Positions 52,865 through 64,000 of a stretch of DNA of 64,000 nucleotides are shown piece by piece. The position numbers and the translations under genes were made by a program. Where the stretch lies: positions 19,992,496 to 20,056,495 of the forward strand of contig NC_083431.1 in the NCBI RefSeq assembly GCF_020745735.1. The letters are read 5' to 3'. Below the pieces are notes generated by a model. The model saw only the letters and a program-made list of their open reading frames with translations, did no database searches and was not told the DNA's origin. Position 1 is the stretch's first letter. Each line of letters starts with the position of its first letter. Origin of the DNA: Hemiscyllium ocellatum. Its lineage: Eukaryota.

Positions 52865-53341
52865 TCAGAAAAGATTGACAAGCATGTTGCCAGGGTTGGA
52901 GGATTTGAGTATAGGTAGAGGTTGAATAGGCTGGGGCTGTTTTCCCTGGAGCATCGGAGGCTGAGGGGTGACCTCATAGAGGTTTATAAAATCATGAGGG
53001 GCATGGATAGTATAAATAGACAAGTTCTTTTCCCTGGGGTGGGGGAAAGTCCAGAACTTGAGGGCATAGGTTTAGGGTGAGAGGGGAAAGATATAAAAGA
53101 AACCTAAGGGGCAATTTTTTCACGCAGAGTGTGGAATGAGCTGCCAGAGGAAGTGGTGGAGGCTGGTACAATTGCAACATTTAAAAGGCACCTGGATGGG
53201 TATATGAATAGGAAGGGTTTGGAGGGACGTGGGCTGGGTGCTGGCAGGTGGGACCAGATTGTGTTGGGATATCTGGTCAGCATGGATGAGTTGGACAGAA
53301 GGGTCTGTTTCCATGCTATACATCTCTCTGTGACTCTATGA
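52865..53341 (+). mobile_element. CR1 (HER1-like) LINE 3' fragment
   Basis: WNELPEEVVEAGTIATFKRHLDGYMNRKG (ORF 53129..53341); tctatga tail. Confidence 0.88.
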
Positions 53342-53677
53342 TATTTCACAGAGGTGTAATCTAAAAGGCAATGGATACTGATCCAATGAGGAGAAGATTA
53401 GATGAGGTGGCCAAAAGTCTGATCAAGGACGTCCATCCTAAAGGAATTGGAGAGTCAGAGAAATTTAATGACAGCATTCCAGAATACAAAACTGAGGAGA
53501 CAGCCAGCAAAGGTGGGGGTGAAGGGGAATTTCTAAAGGCCATTTGGAGGTATGGAGAATCTTAATGGGCAAATATAATATTGGAGGATGTTAACAAAGT
53601 TAGGAAGAGTGAGATCATGATTTTAAACATGCAGCTAAAAATCTCAAATGATGCTTTTAAGACACCAAGAACCAATG

Positions 53678-53896
53678 CTGAAAATGTGTTGCTGGAAAAG
53701 CGCAGCAGGTCAGACAGCATCCAAGGAACAGGAAATTCGACGTTTCGGGCATAAGCCCTTCTTCAGGAATTCCTGAAGAAGGGCTTATGCCCGAAACGGC
53801 GAATTTCCTGTTCCTTGGATGCTGCCTGACCTGCTGCACTTTTCCAACAACACATTTTCAGCACTGATCTCCAGCATCTGCAGACCTCACTTTCTC
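53678..53896. mobile_element. Fold-back PLE-terminus element (family A), loop-less palindrome
   Basis: 15-bp TSD caccaagaaccaatg at 53663-53677 and 53897-53911; palindrome centred on GAATTC (53767-53772). Confidence 0.9.
53731..53773 (-). ncRNA. Minimal hammerhead ribozyme motif (family A), best-formed copy
   Basis: Minus strand: GGAAUUC-CUGAAGA-A-GGGC-UUAU-GCCC-GAAA-CGUC-GAAUUUCC; 7-bp stem I, GUC triplet. Confidence 0.78.
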
Positions 53897-54629
53897 CACC
53901 AAGAACCAATGGGCCAACACAGACAGAGCAAATGGTGAGTGGAACCTGGTGCATGGAAAGGCAGCGGCAGCAGAGTTTGGGATAAACTGAGCTTTGTGGC
54001 TACAACAGGAGGATAAAGGCTAGGAGTTCTGTGGCGAGTAACTCACACCCCAAAGCCTGTCCACCATCTTCAAGGCACAAGTCAAGAATATGATGGAATA
54101 TTCTCCACTTGCCTGAATGGGTACAGTTCCAAGAACACTCAAGGAGCTTGGGACCATCCAGGACAAAGCATCTCTCTTGGCTGGCACACTATCCACCACC
54201 TACACTCCCTTTACCATTAACATACAATGGTGGCAGGGTATACCATCTACAAGATGCACTGAAGGAGCCTCTGACAGCATCTATAACACCCACAAATTCT
54301 ATTCCCTAGAATGACGAGAGGAACAGATGCATGGGAACACCACCAAGTTGCTGGGTCTAAATCTTAGCTTTCCTTTTCTAACAGCACTGTGGCTCTCCCT
54401 ACGGCTCAAGGACTGTAGCAGCTCAAGAAGGTAGCTTCCCCCATCTTCAGAGCAATTCGGGATGGGCAATAAATTTCTGACTTAGACATCAATGTCCACA
54501 TACTATGATTAAATAAAATATAACTAGTGTTTATGGAGGGCTTCAGACTATGTGCCCAGCAAAGAAATATTTGGAATAAGTTAAAAATCACACAACACCA
54601 GGTTATAGTCCAACTGATCTATTTGGAAG

Positions 54630-54664
54630 TACTAGCTTTCGGAGCATTGCTCCTTCATCAGGTA
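54630..54664 (-). ncRNA. Minimal hammerhead ribozyme motif (family B)
   Basis: Minus strand: UAC-CUGAUGA-A-GGAGC-AAU-GCUCC-GAAA-GCUA-GUA; palindromic AGCU stem III, CUA triplet. Confidence 0.7.
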
Positions 54665-56048
54665 GTTGTGGAGCAGGATCATAAGACACAGAATTTATAG
54701 CAAAAGATTACAGTGTCATGCAACTGAAGTGATATATTGAACAAACCTAAATTGCTGTTAAGTCTTTTATCTTTTAGAATGGGTTGTAGGTTTCGGTTCA
54801 TTAATACGTAAATCCCAGAACTTCCTTGAAGTAACATTCTCGAGATAACTTAAGGGTTTATAAAAAAAGGTGACATCTCAGCTCAGATGATGCATTAAAG
54901 GTGTGAGGTTAGAGTCTGTCTGTTTCCCAATCTTGAGTCAGACTAGTTCTATTTCCAAAGTAGAAATTTATTAAATGTAATGTGGATGGACTGCCTGCAT
55001 TGACTGCCTGCAGGTTGCATGCTTTCTGAGCAACATAGAATGTATCTGCAAATACAATTCTGAAATGCAAATTCACCTCATAACTTATATATGTGTGTGT
55101 GAATGAGAGAGAGTGAGTGTGTGCAAGTGAGTGTTATTGCACGTGAGACAGTGTGTGTTTGCATTTGTGCGTACTTGATTGAGTGTGTGTGTGTGTCTGA
55201 GAGAGGGTCTGCGTGAGTATGTGAGTATGAAAGTGTATGTACGTGTGAGAGAGTGTGTATAGTATAGTGGGGTCACCTGTAGTATGACATGAACCCAAGG
55301 TCCCAGTTGAGGCCATCCTCATGGGAACTGAACTTGGCTATTAGCCTCTGCTTGGCCACTCTGTGTTGTTGGGTATCCCGCAGTCTGTCTTGGAGGATGG
55401 TCACCCAACGATCCGAGGCCAAGTGTCCCTGACCGCTGAAGTGTTCCCCGACTGGGAGGAAACATCCCTGTCTGGTGATTGTTGCGTGGTGTCCATTCAT
55501 CCATTGTTGTAGCATCTGCTTGGTCTCACAAATGTACCATGCCTTGGTGCATCCTTGCCTGCAGTGTATGAGATAGACACGTTGGCTGAGTCACATGAGT
55601 ACCTGCCGCATACATGGTGGGTGGTGTGCCCACGTGTAATGGTGATATCTGTGTCGAATCTCTGACATGTCTTGCAGTGGTTGCCATAACAGGGTTGTGC
55701 AGTGCTGTGATCGATGTTGTCCTGCATCAATGATGCAACACATTGTCAACGAGGATGAGCTCATTGCCAAGACGTTCCCTACGCCTTCACTTCTCGCCTT
55801 TAAACAACCACCAAACCTTAAACAGACAATTGTTCACAGCAAACTGCCCAGCCTCAGGCCAACATCGACCACAACACCGTACAACCTGACAAGGCAACCA
55901 CCACAAGACGTGTCAGCGTGGCAACATAAATACTACCATTATACATGGGCACACCACCCATGTACTCATGTGTCTCGGCCAACTTTGTCTATCTCATATG
56001 CTGCAGGCAAGGACGCCCTGAGGCATGGTACATTGGTGAGACTCAGCA

Positions 56049-57515
56049 GAGGAAGTGAGGACTGCAGATGCTGGAGATCAGAGCTGAAAAATGTGTTGCT
56101 GGAAAAGTGCAGCAGGTCAGGCAGGTCGGGAAATATATCCTTGGTGGTGGGGTCTGTTTGGAAGTGGCGGAAATGACAAAGGATGATACGATGTATCTGG
56201 AGGTTGGTGGGGTGAGGACCAGTGGGGTTCTGTCCTGGTGGAGATTGGATGGGCGGGGTTCAAGGGCGAAGGAGCGGGAAGTGGAGGAGATGCGGTGGAG
56301 AGCATCTTCAACTACGTCTGAGGGGAAATTGCGGTCTTTGAAGAAGGAGGCTATCTGTTCGGTATTGGAATTGGTCCTCCTGGGAGCAGATGCGGTGGAG
56401 ACGAAGGATTTGGGAATATGGGATGGCATTTTTACAGGGGGAAGGGTGGGAGGAGGTGTAGTCTAGGTAGCTGTGGGAGTCGGTCGGTTTACAGTAAATG
56501 TCTGTGTTGATTCGGTCGCCCGAGATAGAAATGGAGAGGTCTCGGAAGGGGAGGGAGGAGTCTGAGACAGTCCAGGTAAATTTGAGGTCGGGGTGGAAGG
56601 TGTTAGTAAAGTGGATGAACTGTTCAACCTCCTCGCGGGAGCACGAGGCAGCGCCGATACAGTCATCGATGTAGCAGAGAAAAAGATGGGGGGTGGTGCC
56701 AGTGTAGCTGCAGAAGATGGGCTGTTCCACATATCCGATGAAGAGGCAAACATAGCTGGGGCCCATGCGGGTGCCCATGGCTACTCCATGGAGGATTGGA
56801 AAGAGAAGTTGTTCAGAGTGAGGAACAGTTCAGTCAGTCGAAGGAGGGTGTCAGTGGAAGAGTACTGGTTGGTTCGGCAGGAAAGGAAGAAGCGGACAGC
56901 TTTGAGGCCTTCGTGATGGGGGATGGAGGTGTATAGGGACTGGATGTACATGGTGAAGATAAGGCACTGGGGGCCGGGTGCAGGGCGTGGGTGGTGTCCC
57001 GAACGTAGGTGAGGAGTTCTTGGACTAAGGGGGACAGACCCCACCACCAAGGATATATTTCCCTCCCCGCCCCTCCCTGATCAGCATTCCGGAAAGACCA
57101 CTCCCTCCGCGACTCCCTCATCAGGTCCACACCCCCCCACAATCCAACCTCCACTCCCGGCACCTTCCCCTGCAACCGCAAGAAATGCAAAACTTGCGCC
57201 CATACCTCCTCCCTCACTTCCCTCCAAGGCCCCAAGGGATCCTTCCATATTCATCACAAATTCCCCTGCACCTCCACACACGTCATTTACTGCATCCGCT
57301 GCACCCGATGTGGCCTCCTCTACATTGGGGAGACAGGCCACCTACTTGCGGAACGTTTCAGAGAACACCTCTGGGACACCCGCACCAACCAACCCAACCG
57401 CCCTGTGGCTGAACACTTCTTTATCTTAGCCTGCTTGGCACACCCTCCTCATTCCTGAAGAAGGGCTTATGCCCGAAACGTCGATTCTCCTGCTCCTTGG
57501 ATGCTGCCTGACCTC
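56049..57515. mobile_element. Rearranged family A PLE (Neptune-like): RT on - strand, Cys-linker plus GIY-YIG on + strand, termini inverted
   Basis: ORF 56308..56778: MGTRMGPSY..LF.G, YIDD, KPTDSHSYL; + strand 57160-57420 reads FPCNRKKCKTC...VIYCIRCTRCGLLYIGETG...RFREH; TSD gagact(c/g)agca at 56038-56048 and 57516-57526. Confidence 0.85.
57451..57486 (+). ncRNA. Minimal hammerhead ribozyme motif (family A), sense to ANKRD13B
   Basis: CTGAAGA 57455-57461, GGGC-TTAT-GCCC, GAAA 57475-57478, CGTC. Confidence 0.68.
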
Positions 57516-57837
57516 GAGACTGAGCAAGCACAACAACAATGGATGAATGGACTCCGTGCAAAAATCATCAGTTAGGGGTGTTCCTTCCCAGTCAGGGACC
57601 ACTTCAGCGGTCAGGGACATTCAGCCTCAGATCTTCGGGTGTCCATCCTCCAAGGTGGACTTCGGGATACGCAACAATGCAAAATGACCGAGCAGAGGCT
57701 GATAGCCCAGTTCGGTACCCATGGGGACTGCCTCAACCAGGGCCTTGGATTCATTTCGCAGTACAGGTGACCCCACAGCATTATACACTCTCATACACAC
57801 ACTGTTATATACTCACACACTCACGCAGACCTTCTCT

Positions 57838-57875
<38 letters not shown>

Positions 57876-60800
57876 CTATAGGGTGAATTTGTATTTGCAG
57901 AATTATATTTGCAGATATATTCTATTTTGCTCCAGAAGTGCTCAATTTGCAGGCAGTCAATCCATGTAACATTTTATAAATACCACTTTGGAAATAGAAC
58001 CAGTCTGACTCAAGTTTGGGATACAGACAGACTTTAACCTCACACCTTTATTGCAATGTCTGAGCTGTGATGTCACTTTTTTTTAATAAAACCTTAAGTT
58101 ATCTTGAGAATGTGACTTAAAAGCGGTTCTGGGATTTACATATTAATGAACCAAATCCTACAACCCATTCTAAAAGATGAAAGACTTACTAGCATTCTAG
58201 ATTTGTTCAAAATATAATTTCAGTTGCATGACACTATGATCTTTTTGCTATAAAATCTGTGTCTTATGATCCTATTCCACAGCTACCTGATGAATGAGCA
58301 ACGTTCCAAAAGCTAGTACTTCCAAATAAACCTGTTGGACTATAACCTGACATTGTGAGATTTTTAACTTTGTCCACTCCAGACCAACATTGGCATCTCC
58401 ATATCTTTGGAATATGCATTGAAAGGATTTTTAGCAGGTAGATGGAATTAAGGGCAAAGGTAGGTATTCTTTCTGATAAAGAGCTTTTTTGGACCAGATT
58501 CTCAGCTTTGGGCTCAAACTGGCCGTTGAGGAAACAGACAATCTGATTCAAATGGAGACAGTGATAGGAGAGGGAAATGACTATGGTGAGAACGGTAAGG
58601 ATTTGGTGGAGTCAAAAAATAATGCCGTTAGTTTGTTCATTGTTAGTTGCAGGAAACTGTCTCTCATCCATAATCTGACAACTCGCAGGAACTTGGATTC
58701 GGACTTGCATTTGGTTTATATTTTCTGGTCCAACAGGTTTCTGCTGTAATTTTTAAAACCACATACGAGAATGGTTGCCTTAATTATATGATTTATAGTC
58801 CAACGTGCTTTCCCAAATACGGTGGAGATGATTGATACCCATCCTGTGTTGTGGCCTTCCATCCTTTAAGATTTTTGAGACAGCCAGGGTCTGCTGACTT
58901 GAGTGACAGATTCAATTCAAAAGCATTGAATGCTTTTCATGTAAAGATATTGAGTTTTGAGATCTCTGTGACAAAGGTGAAGGAGAAAGATGAATTGACT
59001 ACCATGTGACAGACCTTTTCTCTTGATGGTCATCCTCAGCACAGGAACTTTTGAATTCATCAGCAGATTGTCCACATTTTACTTCAGTATCTGGATGAGC
59101 TTTGAGTCTGTCTGAAGTTACATGTATTGTCTTCAAAATTGTTTTGTCCACTTTAAACATGTTTTAGTATCTTCATGCTTATGTTGGACATAACAAAATC
59201 AATTACCCACAAAAAGTTAATAGATGGCAAGGGGCTTGTTCTTATTTAAACAAACATGTGTAGTGAAATGTAGAGAGGGCAATGATTATTGGTCTGCTGG
59301 CAAAGTCCAAACTGGCAATGGTTAGTTGAGTGAGCAGGATGGGATAGAGATTAAAGGCATGAACAAAGATGTAGTGAACAGAATCTATATTTGCAGCCAT
59401 TGAGATAAGCAAGTTTTTATAGTAGATTTTCCAAAAAAAGCACTTTCCAGTATGACATCTAGCGCATTTAAGACTGGTTGGTTTCTTAATGGAGTTATAT
59501 TGGTTCAGCTACAATGCAATTCAAGGAATTTTGCTATGGTTTAACAACTGATCAGTTGACTTTAAGATTTTTAACTGCAGTCACTCCTCATTTACAATGA
59601 ACTACTGTTATGCTGTGGGTTTACTAATGAGCCATCAACATCTTTCAAGGTTTTTTCAATATTTATGTATGAAACTGTCAGACTGCTGAAGGCAGATGGG
59701 ACAAAATTGTTTTTGAATTTTATATACTCATAACTTATTTATTATGATGAAAATTGGCCAATTTTCCAAATGTAATGCATGCTGAGTAAATGCATAATTT
59801 GAAAGACTTCAAATATTTGCATGCATACTGTGCTACATGAGAAACATCTCCTATTATTTCACATGCAATGACTTGGAAGGCCAGTGACTGTCGGTACATA
59901 GGCTAATCTAACAACCACTTTGTGCAGAGCAATATTGTCATAGTCCCACTGGAACCAAGAAATTCACAAACATAACACGCAATTCCAAGAATGGAACGAA
60001 ATGGAAAAGATTTTGAATTTTGTTATGACCTAGTGCCTTTGTTTGATTAAAACTAGTTTCAGTTTCTCAGACAGCCTTCCTTTCCTAAAAATCTGAAGTT
60101 TCAGTTTCCACTTCAGTGAAGCCTGGTGAAAATCAAAAAAACAAAACGAACATTGAAACTAGGACCAGGTCAACTGGTTGGAAAACAGCTCACCCACGCT
60201 TCCTCCCCTGGATTCCATCACAATATCCAAGACTATTACGGGAAAATGATCAATTCTAGCTCTGGTGGAAACGGTAGTAGGTTTAACCCCTCAAAGAGAC
60301 TTGACTACATCATGAGGTTACTTACACCATTTCAGACAGAGCAGGAAATTTTAATAATGGCTCAGCAGATATTTCTTGTTGAATTATTCCACTTTTAAAA
60401 ATTTAACTGGGCAGTTGTATTGTTGCTGTTATTAAACACAATTATTTCAGACATAGAGGCCATTTTTTCCCTTAACATGACTATTGAACAATGACCAGAG
60501 CCACTGAATCATACAGAAGCTGAGTAGTTTCAGTCAGTTCTGGTGAATGATTGATTGCTTCCTTAAACCATGCTTATTTCACTCAATTAATAGAGAATGT
60601 TTATTGCACAGCAGGTAGCAGAGAAAGCTTGTCTGTTTCCTGGCACCTGCATAAATAATCCACAAAGAACCAGAATCAGGTAAATTGACATTCAACTGGT
60701 AATGTCTACAACTATGAGTATATAACAATTCATGTCACAACTTTACAAGTTAGCACTACCCATGTCATAATCTTTGTGAAGTACATATTCATTAGTTCTT

Positions 60801-61804
60801 GAAGCCCTGATATAATTCCTAACAAATAGCAGTTAAAATTAGCTGTTTGGAACAATGTTATTAAATGTTTCCTCATTTTCGACATCACAGAATCATACAA
60901 CTTGCTTTACAAAGGAAGGCCATTCAGCCATTACATTGATACTGGCACCACATGTTATGCCTACATAATAGTCACTGTGCACCAAGTAATTCATTATTGA
61001 TGTATTGAAGAACATTTTTACTGACAGTGAATGAATAATCTTATCATTATACTCAATAGCACAGCCAGAGCAGGACCTCCCAAACAGGAGAGTACATAGG
61101 CAGGAGAAACTATACCACCAAGGCTCCATATACTAAATAGAAGACATTCTTAGCTCAAGGGCAGGTGAGGCATTGGCATGGTGCCGAGGGAAAGTGAGCA
61201 AACTCTACCAATGGCAGAAATGACTAGCCTCTCTCATGCAGGTTCAGGTATTCAACCTCAAGGGATGTTGATACTTGTGGGAGCAGGGCTGTCCTTTTAA
61301 TCTGAGGGTGCTTGAAATGGACCAGAAATTACTACGGTGGGATGCTAAAGGTCTTCCAAATTAGAAACAATAAAATAATTAAACTATTAAAGTGTAGACA
61401 TAATAATGTTAAATTTCACGACCATGCCAGTAGATGTCTGTAGGATGTTAGAATATAATCAGAAATTTAAATCATTCAAATAAAACTAACATTATACAAA
61501 TGTGGCTGCACAATCAAATACTTACTGTACCATTTCTATCATAGGTGTAGCATTGCAATGGAATAACAGTCTTAATGTGTGTTGGTAACATATGCAGTAC
61601 GACTCATTCAATTCCAAATAATAAATGCTTTATTAACATAATATGAATGTTAACCATTCCAGGAATTGTTTATTAAGACTGGTTCAAAAGAAGCAACATT
61701 TCCCTTTTCACATGGTTTTTTTCATTAAGCTGTTTATATAGCACACATAAAAAGAAACACAGTGTTCATGCACTAATTTTGTCTCTCCTTATCTCTTTGT
61801 CAAG

Positions 61805-61962
61805 GTTCAAAGCAAAACTCTGGCTATGTGAGGATCACCCACTTTCCCTCTCTGAGCAGGTAGCTCCCATCATCGACCTTATGGCAATAAGCAATGCACT
61901 TTTTGCTAAACTTAGGGACTTTATCACTCTTCGGCTCCCTCCAGGATTTCCAGTCAAAATAG
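61805..61962 (+). CDS. ANKRD13B: ANKRD13B coding exon ([52 protein letters not shown])
   Basis: Pyrimidine tract plus tcaag| acceptor, TAG|gtgagc donor; 158 nt, phase 2 to 1; ORF 61779..62069. Confidence 0.94.
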
Positions 61963-63437
61963 GTGAGCAACTGAATATAAATTCTGCATTTTCGTGCATT
62001 TCTCTTTCAGAATGTTACATCCAAAAATTAACCAAACTCATACATATCAAAGAGAATAATGAATTTTAAATTCTTAAGAGCTTATTATTGCCTTCCTGTA
62101 AATGAAAGTTGCAGTTCCTGTGTTATTGCTGACACTGGCTTGGGACCTGCAACACAGTTGCTAGGATGGAACTGTGTTTAACATAGCCTGTTCCTTTAGA
62201 GCTGCTGTTCAGGCATTTCATGTGGGAAATCATTCGAACCAGATATACCCTAAGCTCCTTTGGTGGTTATTTGCTTGGAAAGGTTTGGGAGATCAACAGA
62301 TGTTTTTAATATCCAATTTTTTTACCCTTAGGAAAGCTCAGTGTTTCAAGGTCAGAAAACTTAGCAGAAAATTGTTGAATTCCATTCCTTGCTCTTTTTA
62401 AAAAAATCTCATTGACATCTGAAGTGCAAAGTGTTGTACCCTCCCCTCTCTGCTCCTCCTGGGCCATGGTGCAAGTGCTATACAGGAGTTATCTGCAGTA
62501 CCTTTCCTAGTGTTGATCCCACCACAGTTTGTACCAACAAAACCAAGTCACTGGCATTTTCTAATTTCTTCAGATTTCAAGCATTATAGAAACCTATAAT
62601 ATACACCCATGCAACTTTGTGACTGAATAATTCAGCCATCATTCTTGCTTCAGTTAAACAGTTTGCATCCTCTTCACTTCAATGATTAACCTGCGCTAGT
62701 ATTCATCTGCAGTACTGAAGGAATACTGTACAGTCAGACATATTGACCCTTTTTGGACATATTAGTTGAAATTGTTTTTGACTGTTCAGGGTGATGATAA
62801 ATTGCAAGGTCTGAGGCAGATCACAATAGTTTGTATTCAGCTGCCCTCATTCCTTTATGCTCAGGAATTTCCCTCCACCACTGGATATCGAGTTAGCAAT
62901 AGCATGACGCAAACATTTCGGAACAGAACCACCTCATAAATGAGAAAAATAATAAATCACACCACCTTATCTTGGGGCTTTCTAAGTGGATCTGATATTG
63001 CTCAGATTGCATCAGACTGACACTTGACTTTGGGTCTGTTATATTCTTCAAACAAACTGCTCTGGCCTTTCTCAGAAATAATTTGATAAGATGTGGCGAG
63101 TCGGAGGCAACATATGTGTGTTTTTTGTCCTATGTCCAACAGGAAACTGAAGCCTTTATTCCTGATCCCTCCCTTCTCTCCCAGAATTGCTCAGTACCTA
63201 CCACATCCTCTTCCTTTCAATCACTTTGCAAACACCAACAGTGTAAAATGTTTGCTGAGAATGCAGCAAAATATTTAATATTTGAGCTTTGACGATTATT
63301 CTCTAACAAATGACAGTCCATCTGATGTATACCACGAACACCAATTCCAATGGCTGCTCACTGACTGTCTCAAAAAAAAGAGCTTATCAATATATTAATT
63401 TGACCATAGTTCCAGCAAAAACATATATCATATTATT

Positions 63438-63968
63438 GTCATACAGCTGTACAGCACAGAAATAGACCCTTTTGTCCGACACATCCATGCTGATCAGATA
63501 CCCTAAATTACTCCAGTCCCATTTGCCAGCATTTGGCCCATATCCCTCTAGACTCTTCCAATTCATATATCCATCCAGATGCCTTTTAACTAGTCTAATT
63601 GTGTCAGCCTCCATCACTTCCTCTTGCAGCTCATTCCATACATGCACCACCTTCTGCATGAAAAAGTTGTCCCTTAGGTGTCTTTTAAATGTTTCCCCCT
63701 CACATTAAACCTATGCCCTTTAGTTTTGGACTCTGCTACCTTGGGAAAAAGACCTTAGATAGTCACTTGATCCATGCCCCCCATGATTTTATAAACTTCT
63801 ATAAGGTCACCCCTCAGTCTTCAACGCTCCAGCGAAAAAAAGCCCCAGCCTATTCGGCCTCTCCCTATAGCTCAAACACTAAAAACCTGGCAACATCCTT
63901 TTAAATCTTTTCTGAACCCATTCAAGTTTCACAACATCCTTCCTCTAACAGAATTGAACGCGATATTC
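63438..63968 (-). mobile_element. CR1 (HER1-like) LINE 3' fragment
   Basis: ORF 63387..63659: QKVVHVWNELQEEVMEA...KRHLDGYMN. Confidence 0.85.
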
Positions 63969-64000
63969 GGATGCATGTTGTTGCTGTTTGATGGTGCAAA

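Larger units (their letters stand above)
54579..58405. mobile_element. Family B PLE as a about 1.1-kb inverted duplication (GIY-YIG 3' part plus terminal repeat), hosting a nested family A PLE
   Basis: Left arm (-) 54579-55727 encodes PC....CKTC linker and PVGEHF...QRLIAKF...GLN.D.GF; right arm (+) 55728-56048 plus 57516-58400; flanking tttggaata at 54570-54578 and 58406-58414. Confidence 0.82.
2428..61962 (+). other. ANKRD13B: ANKRD13B gene body (partial: internal coding exons; 5' and 3' exons outside window)
   Basis: Nine exons (125, 46, 144, 190, 67, 82, 65, 131, 158 nt) with AG/GT ends and matching phases join into one open 336-codon frame: LQEAIST...[28 protein letters not shown]...[15 protein letters not shown]...LPPGFPVKI. 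From recall this matches vertebrate ANKRD13B ([48 protein letters not shown]). Confidence 0.93.

Noticed and set aside
52250-53896. Recurring palindromic repeats suggesting a CRISPR array or DNA-transposon MITE
   Set aside because: Eukaryotic intron with dispersed copies and no spacers. The TSDs are long and variable, the arms asymmetric, and the same sequence is attached to PLE RT/GIY-YIG at 56049-57515.
61963-64000. Next ANKRD13B exon (expected EIP.FH.LNARITFGN...)
   Set aside because: No such coding sequence found; it presumably lies beyond the window.

Overview
Vertebrate genomic DNA, most likely from a shark (inferred from HE1/V-SINE-type SINEs and CR1/HER1-type LINEs). The only host gene is ANKRD13B on the + strand. 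Nine internal coding exons (2428-61962; 1008 nt, 336 codons) splice in frame with GT-AG sites; the 5' and 3' exons lie outside the window. There is also a candidate extra 87-nt cassette exon at 37873-37959. The introns are full of transposon relics: CR1 LINE fragments, two or three SINE families, two Tc1/mariner-type MITEs, a decayed Gmr1-like LTR element and at least four Penelope-like element (PLE) families. The main signal is that the PLE termini carry minimal hammerhead ribozyme cores (CUGANGA-stem II-GAAA-palindromic stem III-UH), with stems that covary between families. They sit mostly as fold-back insertions of 90 bp to 3.8 kb flanked by target-site duplications (TSDs), so the ANKRD13B pre-mRNA would carry many ribozyme/anti-ribozyme hairpins. 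A near full-length CR1 also shows an in-frame ORF1-RT fusion and an apparent 5'UTR intron. Almost all other ORFs in the track are repeat-derived or spurious. Repeat boundaries were read by eye and are approximate unless a TSD is given.
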